A stretch of 33,294 nt of DNA from a virus, in the IMG/VR virus record IMGVR_UViG_3300030329_000080, positions 1-33,294 of that record; one strand, 5' to 3'. The notes beneath the pieces were generated by a model. It searched no databases. It saw only the letters and a list, made by a program, of their open reading frames with translations, and had not been told where the DNA came from. Position numbers and translations under genes: made by a program. Each line of letters starts with the position of its first letter. Position 1 is the stretch's first letter. Shown piece after piece: positions 12,308 through 20,438 of this stretch.

Positions 12308-12988
12308 ATGGTAGAAATAAAAATTCAAGACACAACTTATGAAGTTCCAACAAAATGGAAAGACATAACACTTAACTGGTGGTGTGGACTATACACAATC
12401 ATCAACAAGTATAACAAAAGAGATGAGGAAGGTAATGTAATAGAAGCAGAACATACTGAGGTGCAAACACTACAATTAAACAGAGATATATTTATGTATC
12501 TAACAGGTGTAAATGCAAACGATATGAAAATGCTAGATATGGAAAGTGTAAACGCAGCAGTGGGTACAGTAGGGGAACTATTACAAGAATACAAGCCTCA
12601 AGGAATAGATAGGTTTGAGTTTGAGGGAGAAACTTATTTTTTTCCAAAAGAATTTTTAAAAAGAAGTACATTTGGTGATTACATTGAATCAACACACTTA
12701 GAAAGTACGATAAAGATAATGAAGCATGGTAGATTTGATGTGTTACCAGAACAGATGGCAATACTATGTAGAAGAGCAGGTGAGGAATATAATGATGATG
12801 AGATACCCCAAAAATCTGATAAGTTTAAAGAACTCACAATGGATATAGTTTGGGAGTTCAGTTTTTTTTTGACAATGCAAAGCGTAAAATTAACAAGGAC
12901 TTTCCAAATGTTTTTGGGCAAAACAGAAGAGGAGGTGGAGGCGGCAAAAACCGAGTTTCTACAGTTGGACTCTACAACAAATTCATAA
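12308..12988 (+). CDS. Putative tail assembly chaperone-like protein, zero-frame product (226 aa)
   Basis: Carries an in-frame T_TTT_TTT slippery site with a long open -1 frame downstream, which is the G/GT-type architecture. Confidence 0.5.
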   Translation: MVEIKIQDTTYEVPTKWKDITLNWWCGLYTIINKYNKRDEEGNVIEAEHTEVQTLQLNRDIFMYLTGVNANDMKMLDMESVNAAVGTVGELLQEYKPQGIDRFEFEGETYFFPKEFLKRSTFGDYIESTHLESTIKIMKHGRFDVLPEQMAILCRRAGEEYNDDEIPQKSDKFKELTMDIVWEFSFFLTMQSVKLTRTFQMFLGKTEEEVEAAKTEFLQLDSTTNS

Positions 12989-13188
12989 GACCATATGGTT
13001 GGTTGAATAGTTTGTATATGGTGGCAGAGAAAGGAATATTTAAGATGGATGGACATAACGATATAGATAGTGTTAAAAATACTGACCTATATAAAGTATT
13101 AACTTACTTGAGTTGGCAAAGTGCTAAAAATGATTATGAAATTGCTGTTCAAGAAAAGATACATAACAAAAATAATATAACATTGTAA
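12308..13188 (+). CDS. Predicted -1 frameshift fusion product (about 293 aa: 187 zero-frame codons plus 106 -1-frame codons)
   Basis: After slippage at 12862-12868, reading resumes at 12868 as FDNAKRK... and ends at the stop 13186-13188. Confidence 0.4.
12862..12870 (+). promoter_or_regulatory. T9 run containing the -1 slippery heptamer T_TTT_TTT (12862-12868)
   Basis: Zero-frame codons agT TTT TTT; the -1 frame is open from 12850 to 13188. Confidence 0.55.
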
Positions 13189-13190
13189 AA

Positions 13191-14330
13191 ATGGCAATAA
13201 CAAGATTAACAGATATAATAACAGTATTCGAGAGCAAGTGGACTTATGGTGATGTGAAGTTTGGCTATGAAAGCGAAATAAATCAAGACCATGATGCTAA
13301 ATATCCTTTAATGCTAATACAGCCACCAGCATCAATAATACCAGAAATATATAATGGTAGAGAAGAGTATGAGTTTGAAATAAACTTTTATAACTTATAT
13401 TCTCAAGCAGCACAATCAGTAGTTACTCTACAAAAAAGATGGGATAACTTACAAGACTTAGCAAACGAGTGGCTAGATATGGTTTTAAAAAACTATCAAG
13501 ACAATACAGTAGAGGCTTACTTAAATGATGAAAGCATAGAAATAGAAAGAGTAAAAGAAGTTGCAAATGATAGATTAGTGCAAATAAAACTAACATTTAC
13601 TATGAGTGCATTTACAAAATGCTTTAGACCAGTTTCTAATTATCCATCAGATTATTCTGATTTAGTTGTTTGGTTAAAAGCAGACAGTGGTGTAACCTTT
13701 GATATACCAACAAAAAGAGTGAGTGCTTGGGCAGACCAATCTGGTAATGGCAATGGTGCGGCACAGGCAACTACTGCAAACCAACCTTTAAGATATGGTT
13801 ATGATGGTGCTAATGATAAGGCATATATTAATTTTGATGGCACAAATGATGTATTGACATCAACAAGTAACAATCCAATATCTGCAAATTCATTTACTAT
13901 GTTTATGGTGGCAAAGCAACATACATCACACGCAGGTAAAAATCCTGTCTTTGGATATAGTAGTCCTGACGCTAATGTAGTAATGGGTTTTAATGATAAT
14001 AAAGTTTATGGATATATAAATGATGCAGGTTCAAATGAAGCGTTATTTAATGGAGGTGTTGCAAGTAATTATAATGTTTTTAGGATGCAGTTTATAGGTG
14101 GTACTGGTACTTTAAGAACACAATTAAATGGAGGTGCGATTAGTAGTGATAGTTTAACTTGGACAGACACTATTGTTTTTAATGAAGCAAGTTATACTAT
14201 ATCTAAATACCGAACAAGTGATTTTGGTAAAGTAAATATAGCAGAGGTAATAGTTTATAATAGGTCATTGCAAGAAGCAGAAATTTCAAAAATCAATGAC
14301 TACTTAAATAAAAAATTTAAAATATATTAA
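13191..14330 (+). CDS. Virion protein with a C-terminal LamG / concanavalin-like lectin domain (379 aa)
   Basis: LVVWLKADSGVTFD...VSAWADQSGNGNGAAQATTANQPL...INFDGTNDVL is the typical Laminin_G_3 signature. Confidence 0.7.
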   Translation: MAITRLTDIITVFESKWTYGDVKFGYESEINQDHDAKYPLMLIQPPASIIPEIYNGREEYEFEINFYNLYSQAAQSVVTLQKRWDNLQDLANEWLDMVLKNYQDNTVEAYLNDESIEIERVKEVANDRLVQIKLTFTMSAFTKCFRPVSNYPSDYSDLVVWLKADSGVTFDIPTKRVSAWADQSGNGNGAAQATTANQPLRYGYDGANDKAYINFDGTNDVLTSTSNNPISANSFTMFMVAKQHTSHAGKNPVFGYSSPDANVVMGFNDNKVYGYINDAGSNEALFNGGVASNYNVFRMQFIGGTGTLRTQLNGGAISSDSLTWTDTIVFNEASYTISKYRTSDFGKVNIAEVIVYNRSLQEAEISKINDYLNKKFKIY

Positions 14331-14332
14331 TA

Positions 14333-16123
14333 ATGAGTACGAGTATTAATGGAACAATTAGTTGGGGTATACAGTTGCAAAATGAAGATGTTAATTCAAA
14401 TTTAGCAGCGTTAAGTTGGACAGGTAGAAGAAATTTTCTTGTAAGTGCTAATAGTCCTTTAAGGTTTCAAATCATATGGACAAGCACTGGAGTAACAGAA
14501 GATACAGAACCATCAAAAGCAAATTGGACAGGAGGCTCTTCACTTACAAATGGAAATGGAGATGTGGTAAATATAGTTTTTAAAGTTTATGCTACAACTA
14601 CATCACCAGCAAGTAGTACGCTAAGTGATTACGAATATCTAGGTGCAATAAAAAAATCAAGAGATATACCAAACAGAAGATATAACACGCAGACACCACC
14701 ACTAGACCATAGGTTTACTGTAGACTTAGCACCTCTTGTAAGAGATAAACTGTCTTATAGTTTAGTGCCAATAAACAAAGGAACTTGGCAAAGTCATGAG
14801 TGGGGAGGCATGAATGGTGGTCTAGCAATGCAAGATAATGTAACAGAGCCTGTAAGTTTTTACAATGTCACACCTAATGGTTGTATAAGAACAATAAAAG
14901 TTCTTGCTTGTCCAGAAGTTATTAATGGTGAGGGAACAGTAATTGAGGCAGATGGATATAATGGTGGTAAAGGATATTTAGCCTTATCTAAACTTACAAG
15001 AATCATAAACAGTGTTGCTCAGTATGGGGAAGATAGTTTAGTCAATAGAGGTACAGACGCTAAATTTGTTTGGGAGAGGTTTAATAATTACAGGTTTTTA
15101 TCTAGGTGTAAAAATGAAATACAAAGTAATACTGTATCAGATGCACCATATATGAAACCAGCAAGGCTAGATGAACAAGCAGAATGGTTATATTGGTATA
15201 TGTATACTGGTGAATATACAAGCGGAGGTGTTAGATATGCAATTCAAGGTATGGGAATGAAAGTAGAGACTTTTGACAGTATATCTGGTAGTGTACAAGA
15301 CACTTTTTATATAAAAGATTTTGAAGATACTGCTCGTTTTAATGGTGCTAACATACATGATGACCAAGAAAGAATGTTCGTTCAAAATGTTTCACCATCA
15401 TTTATAAACAATGCAGATGCTTTTCAGGTGACTAGCAGTACTGGTGCTTGGGCAACTTATACTGGAGATAGAATAACAAGTGATGTTGCTTTGTATAGAG
15501 TTTCTGTAAATAAAGTTTATGATGATGCAGATACTGTTGTAAGGGTTTCTCGTTATAGATATTATATTATAGACAAAGAAGATGAAAAGTTGCCATATGG
15601 ATTTGTAAGGTTTCACTGGTTAAACACTATGGGAGGTATAGATAGTTATACAGCAAAAAGAAACATAACAGAAGGATATAGTATAAGTAAAGATATAATA
15701 GAAAGAAAAAGTGTAGATAGAATGTGGAAGCAAAATGATGCTCAAGCAACAAGTGGTGCTGCAATACCTAACTCTACCTATGTTAATGACACAATGAGAG
15801 GTGGTAATCAATATAAGGGTGGAAGAGAAGTTTTAAATATAAATGCAGAAAAAAGAAATAGTGTTTACACTGAGCCTTTAAGCAATCAAGTTTCTAAGTG
15901 GCTAAAAGAAATTACTATGTCGCCTAATGTTTGGATAGAGGTAGATAGTGATGCTACTGCAGAAAACAATACTACAAATCCATATCTTAGACCATCAACC
16001 AAAGGTTATATGCCAGTTATTATAACTAATAGTGACATTGAAACTGTTAATGAAGAGCAAGGTCTTGTTAGGTTTAACTTAGAATATATATTCTCACATA
16101 AAGTACAAACACAAAGAAATTAA
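14333..16123 (+). CDS. Large virion (tail/baseplate) protein, function unknown (596 aa)
   Basis: Size, beta-rich S/T/N/G composition, and tight coupling within the tail block. Confidence 0.55.
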   Translation: MSTSINGTISWGIQLQNEDVNSNLAALSWTGRRNFLVSANSPLRFQIIWTSTGVTEDTEPSKANWTGGSSLTNGNGDVVNIVFKVYATTTSPASSTLSDYEYLGAIKKSRDIPNRRYNTQTPPLDHRFTVDLAPLVRDKLSYSLVPINKGTWQSHEWGGMNGGLAMQDNVTEPVSFYNVTPNGCIRTIKVLACPEVINGEGTVIEADGYNGGKGYLALSKLTRIINSVAQYGEDSLVNRGTDAKFVWERFNNYRFLSRCKNEIQSNTVSDAPYMKPARLDEQAEWLYWYMYTGEYTSGGVRYAIQGMGMKVETFDSISGSVQDTFYIKDFEDTARFNGANIHDDQERMFVQNVSPSFINNADAFQVTSSTGAWATYTGDRITSDVALYRVSVNKVYDDADTVVRVSRYRYYIIDKEDEKLPYGFVRFHWLNTMGGIDSYTAKRNITEGYSISKDIIERKSVDRMWKQNDAQATSGAAIPNSTYVNDTMRGGNQYKGGREVLNINAEKRNSVYTEPLSNQVSKWLKEITMSPNVWIEVDSDATAENNTTNPYLRPSTKGYMPVIITNSDIETVNEEQGLVRFNLEYIFSHKVQTQRN

Positions 16124-16126
16124 TAT

Positions 16127-19100
16127 ATGTCGATAAGAATAGAGTTATTAGATTTTAATTATAATGATGCTGAAAGAAATTTAATTGATGTTAATACAGG
16201 TGTTGTTGGTAGTGGATTTACTGTTGATAGTAAGTTTGGTGCTACTTGGGATAGCACAGGTATAACAGACTCAGTAAAATTTTTATCTAATATTCAAAAC
16301 ACAAATCTAGTTGTAGGTAAAGAGTATTTTGTTTCTTTTAAACTTAGTGGATATAGTGGAACTGGTAACATGGGCTTGTCTACAAGTAGTGGTGTTTCTG
16401 GCAATGCAAGACTTAGTGGTAATGGCACTCATAGCGAAACATTTACTGCAACCGACTCTGGTCAAATAGATTTATTTGGTAGAAAAACAAATAATGGTAC
16501 TTTTGAAAAGGTAAAGTTATTTAGATTAGATGCTATAAATTGGGGTCAAAGTGTGGCAGGACATTTAGAATTAACAAGACATGATGAATCTCCTTTTGCT
16601 TTAACTTATCAAATAAGCGATATAAAAAACATAACATCTACAAGTGGACACTATAGTAAAACATTTAAAGTTCCTGCTTCAAAACACAACAACTCTCTTT
16701 TAAAAAATCTGTTTATACCAAACATGACTTTTGACAATGATGTAACTGGACTCAAGCCTTGTAGAATAGTTTTTGATGGTGTAAACTCTATAGAGGGATT
16801 ACTACAAGTAACAGGGGCAGGAGGCTATGGGGAAAACGCATCTTATTATAATTGTGTCTTTTATGGCAACAATATGTCTTGGGGTTCTTTTATAGCAGAA
16901 AAATTACTAAAAGATGTTAATTGGGGTACAAATGGAGAGAGTCTTGCTTATAACAAAACAACAATAACTGCAACTTGGGCAGATGAAGATTGTACATCTT
17001 CTGATTCTTTTTTAGTTTATCCTATAACATCTTATGGCGACTACAATCCTAATGGAATAGAACATACAATACAGTTGTTAGGAACTGCAGGGGAAAATGG
17101 TCATGGTGCAGGTGCAAATGCTTATTATGGCAATGATACTGGTGGTGCTAGTTATGGCACACCACCTCCAGTAGCAGATTGGAGACCAGCAATATTTGTT
17201 AAAAGCACTTTAGAGCAAATATTTAAAGATGCAGGTGGATATTCTATAAAGTCTAATTTTATGGACACAAGCACATTTAAAAAATTAGTATGGCTTCTAC
17301 CTAACTTTAAGTATAATAATCCAGATGATAGATATGCTAGATTTGGTTTTGAAAGTGAGTTTGCTAGTGATGCCTCTTTACCTGCAGATGAGGTTTTAGG
17401 TAATAATTTAAACAACATACCTGGTGAAGACCATAATTATCAATTTGATGAAGAGCCTATAGAATTTGGAACTGATGGAGGTGCAAATGGATTTAATATA
17501 CTTACTACTGATGCTAGTAATGAAGTTGTATATACAAATTCTGCAGGTAACTTTAGTTCTGTTACAGTTAAAGAGTATGGATATTATAATGTAAGAGTGT
17601 CTGATTTTAACATAGATATTTCAAACCCTTTAATTGATTTAGGACAAACTGGTAGTTTTTCAACTCCTGATACAACACCACTAGAGGCTTGTTTTGTTAA
17701 AAGATTTAGTTTAGCAGTACAAGTAAGAACACAGGGAGAAACGCATTTTGCAAACAGGATTAGAGCAGAATTAAGCACAACTGAGTACGAGAGAGTTACA
17801 GGTGCAGGTACTTATGATTTTGTTTTTAGTGCTAATAATGCATTAGGAGACCTTTCTGGTACACTTACTTTTGAACCTATAGACGAGAGCATATGGCTTA
17901 ATAAAGATGATATAGTTAGGCTAACATTAAAAGTGCAATGGGAACGTAGGCATTGTGGAGGTGGTATTTGTAATGCAGACTACAAATTTACATCAACACC
18001 TAAACCTTTTGGTGCTAGATTTGATTTAGCCTTTAATCCTGTACCTGTAGAGTATGGGCAAACCTATGACCTTAAAGATGTTATAAATCCAGACTACAAA
18101 CAAAAAGATTTTGTAAAAGGTGTTGTTCATGCTTTTAATTTAAAATTAAGCACAGACCCTAGTTCTAAGCAAATAACAATAGAACCATTTAATGATTTTT
18201 ATAAAACATTTAGTGATGCTGTAGATTGGACACAGAAGTTAGATAGAAATAAAGAAATAACTGACAAGTTTTTAAAAACAGATATAAAAAGAAATTTAAT
18301 TTTTAAATACAAGCAAGACTCTAACGACAAAAATGCTGAATATTTTTCTAATCAGTATTTTGAAGGTATTAAGGATGTATACCCATACAAAGAAGAATTA
18401 GATACTATATTTGAAGATGGCGATAGTATTTTTGAAAACCCATTCTTTGCAGGAACTTTAAATCACCTAGACTTAGACACATACGACCCATTTAATATTT
18501 TTAATATGTTGTACGCTAATCCTCAAACGACATACAGTGCTTGTTTATGGCAAGAGCATTATAATTCTGGCAGTTCGCCAAGACCAGAAAAGGGTTATAA
18601 CTTTCAACCAAGATTATTGTATTGGAATAAATTATCTCCAGATGTTTCTACAGCAGGTTATAATAAAATAGCATTAGTGCAAACTTGGGCAGAAGAAAGA
18701 GAGGCGATTGTAGCCTGTTCTAACCAAACTCTAGTTTCTGGTACTTATCTAAGTAATGTGTTTCCTCAAGCAACATCATATGACCCTGAAAGCACAAGTT
18801 GCCCTAACCTTTGTTATGGTAATATTTGGGTTAGAAACTTCGACCATTCTAATGGAACATTTGCTGATGCAGTAGCACAAAAAGGATTATTCGATACTTA
18901 CTATAGGCAAATGGTAGAGATGTTAAAACAAAAACCAAGACTAAGAGAAGTTTTTGTTGATTTAAAAGTTGGTGATGTTTTAAACTTAGATTTTCAAAAA
19001 TTAATATACATAGATGGTGTTTACTGGAGACTAAATAAAGTTGTAGATTATATGCCAGATTCTAACATGCCAACTAAGGTAGAATTGTTAGAGTGGTTTC

Positions 19101-19225
19101 AATTAGGTGTAAACGCATCACAAACTCCTAGATTTGCTGGTGGTATGCAGGGTGGTACAGGAGTAAGAGGTTATCTAAACAATACAGACATATATACAAA
19201 TAGTAATCCAAATCAAGGTGCATAA
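16127..19225 (+). CDS. Largest tail protein, probable host-recognition or tail-tip protein with an N-terminal CBM-like beta-sandwich (1032 aa)
   Basis: Largest ORF. N-terminal LVVGKEYFVSFKLSGYSGTG...GTFEKVKLFRLD resembles carbohydrate-binding jelly-roll modules. Confidence 0.55.
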   Translation: MSIRIELLDFNYNDAERNLIDVNTGVVGSGFTVDSKFGATWDSTGITDSVKFLSNIQNTNLVVGKEYFVSFKLSGYSGTGNMGLSTSSGVSGNARLSGNGTHSETFTATDSGQIDLFGRKTNNGTFEKVKLFRLDAINWGQSVAGHLELTRHDESPFALTYQISDIKNITSTSGHYSKTFKVPASKHNNSLLKNLFIPNMTFDNDVTGLKPCRIVFDGVNSIEGLLQVTGAGGYGENASYYNCVFYGNNMSWGSFIAEKLLKDVNWGTNGESLAYNKTTITATWADEDCTSSDSFLVYPITSYGDYNPNGIEHTIQLLGTAGENGHGAGANAYYGNDTGGASYGTPPPVADWRPAIFVKSTLEQIFKDAGGYSIKSNFMDTSTFKKLVWLLPNFKYNNPDDRYARFGFESEFASDASLPADEVLGNNLNNIPGEDHNYQFDEEPIEFGTDGGANGFNILTTDASNEVVYTNSAGNFSSVTVKEYGYYNVRVSDFNIDISNPLIDLGQTGSFSTPDTTPLEACFVKRFSLAVQVRTQGETHFANRIRAELSTTEYERVTGAGTYDFVFSANNALGDLSGTLTFEPIDESIWLNKDDIVRLTLKVQWERRHCGGGICNADYKFTSTPKPFGARFDLAFNPVPVEYGQTYDLKDVINPDYKQKDFVKGVVHAFNLKLSTDPSSKQITIEPFNDFYKTFSDAVDWTQKLDRNKEITDKFLKTDIKRNLIFKYKQDSNDKNAEYFSNQYFEGIKDVYPYKEELDTIFEDGDSIFENPFFAGTLNHLDLDTYDPFNIFNMLYANPQTTYSACLWQEHYNSGSSPRPEKGYNFQPRLLYWNKLSPDVSTAGYNKIALVQTWAEEREAIVACSNQTLVSGTYLSNVFPQATSYDPESTSCPNLCYGNIWVRNFDHSNGTFADAVAQKGLFDTYYRQMVEMLKQKPRLREVFVDLKVGDVLNLDFQKLIYIDGVYWRLNKVVDYMPDSNMPTKVELLEWFQLGVNASQTPRFAGGMQGGTGVRGYLNNTDIYTNSNPNQGA

Positions 19226-19929
19226 TGAGAGATAGAAGGCAAATATCACAAAGAGGTTTACCAAATCAAAGTGGTTTGGAGATTTTTTCATCAATAATAA
19301 CATTTGGAGGAGAGTTCTTGTCTTGGGCAAAAGTTTTTTCTTCTGCTACTTTATCTGGTGCTACATCTTATGAGACAAGCACCTCAGACCCTACACTATA
19401 TGCTGTCAATAATAGCAGACCAACAACTCCAGAAACTTGGTACTTATATTTTACAACTGGATTATCTGCACCAAGTGTACCATCTGTAACTGATGAAAAT
19501 GCCAGAAACTCAATACAACTAACAGGTAATGATTCTGGTAACATAGGTTTGTATCAGCAACTATCTGGATTAACAGTAGGAACAACTTACAAGTTCTCTG
19601 TATTTTTTCATAAAGGTAGTGCAAGTGGAACTATAACATTAGAACAGTTTGCATATGCAGGAGAAAGTGATTATTCAAGAATATTAATATCAGAAACTAC
19701 AGTACCAGCATATGAATGTGTTTTAGAGTTTACTGCTTATTCATCTAATGATGTTATACTTATAGACTTCCAATGTGCTAGTGGTGTTACTGGTGCGGTA
19801 GATATAACACAAATGTCTATTAAAGAAAAAGAAGAATACTTAGTGCCAGTAGTAATGACAGATAGCACTGGAACTGCTCATAATGTTTTACAGAGAAACT
19901 TACAGGATAATTTAAGTGATGAGGAATGA
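19225..19929 (+). CDS. Tail-associated protein with a CBM-like beta-sandwich (234 aa)
   Basis: LTVGTTYKFSVFFHKGSASGTITLEQF parallels the N-terminal module of the 1032-aa protein; taATG coupling. Confidence 0.5.
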   Translation: MRDRRQISQRGLPNQSGLEIFSSIITFGGEFLSWAKVFSSATLSGATSYETSTSDPTLYAVNNSRPTTPETWYLYFTTGLSAPSVPSVTDENARNSIQLTGNDSGNIGLYQQLSGLTVGTTYKFSVFFHKGSASGTITLEQFAYAGESDYSRILISETTVPAYECVLEFTAYSSNDVILIDFQCASGVTGAVDITQMSIKEKEEYLVPVVMTDSTGTAHNVLQRNLQDNLSDEE

Positions 19930-20426
19930 TTAAACTAAAGCACACAAATAGAACTATGCACGAGGTAGGTGATATGCTAAGGAAAGGTTTAAGGCAAGAA
20001 CTGATTGACCAAAAGCATAATGCTACTGGTAGATTGAGTAGAGGATTAAAATACCATGTAAATAAAAGAACAAATACTATGAGTGTTTTTGCATCTGTTA
20101 GTTATTGGAAGGCAGTTAATAATCCTAAGTTTGCAAAAAAACCTAATAAAAATGCTATAAAAAGTTGGGTTAGAACAAAAGGATTACCTGAAAATTCTGC
20201 AAGTGCGATATTTAAAAAACTACAAAGTTTTTATGGTAAACCATATGTGTTTTGGTCAGATGGCAATAAAATAACAAGAACAGACTTTGCAGGGCATACT
20301 GCAAGAAAATTTAGTAAAAAAGTAGCAGATAAATTAGCACCATCAATAGGTGTAGATGTGGCTAATATGATAGGAGAACAAATAAGAAAAAATAATCCAA
20401 AAGCAAATGTCGTTGAGGCATTTTAA
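19926..20426 (+). CDS. Hypothetical virion protein, weakly HK97 gp10-like (166 aa)
   Basis: HNATGRLSRGLKY resembles the dTG.L..si motif of the gp10 family; ATGA overlap with the upstream gene. Confidence 0.4.
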   Translation: MIKLKHTNRTMHEVGDMLRKGLRQELIDQKHNATGRLSRGLKYHVNKRTNTMSVFASVSYWKAVNNPKFAKKPNKNAIKSWVRTKGLPENSASAIFKKLQSFYGKPYVFWSDGNKITRTDFAGHTARKFSKKVADKLAPSIGVDVANMIGEQIRKNNPKANVVEAF

Positions 20427-20438
20427 TATATAATATAT

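Noticed and set aside
819-12850. TTG- or GTG-extended 5' ends given by the ORF track (819, 6277, 6579, 9884, 11842, 12850) and upstream ATG extensions (2452, 8301, 23404, 26955)
   Set aside because: In each case a downstream in-frame ATG removes the overlap with the preceding gene, or falls after the predicted -7 box, or lies in the recurrent tacaattATG context. The frame at 12850 is interpreted as a frameshift extension, not as an independent TTG-initiated gene.
12337-13056. Three overlapping minus-strand ORFs (85-125 aa) opposite the frameshift gene pair
   Set aside because: They lie in three different frames and are fully nested in well-supported plus-strand genes. Their products are Ser/Leu/Ile/Phe-rich nonsense, typical of the antisense of purine-rich codons. 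No start context or promoter is present.
19304-19489. Nested plus-strand ORF (61 aa) inside the 19225..19929 ORF
   Set aside because: It is in an alternative frame of a longer coupled gene, with no independent start context or conservation cue.
13191-19929. Diversity-generating retroelement acting on the tail-fibre or lectin domains
   Set aside because: No reverse transcriptase motif (YxDD) appears in any ORF. I could find no template/variable repeat pair near the 3' ends of the tail genes.
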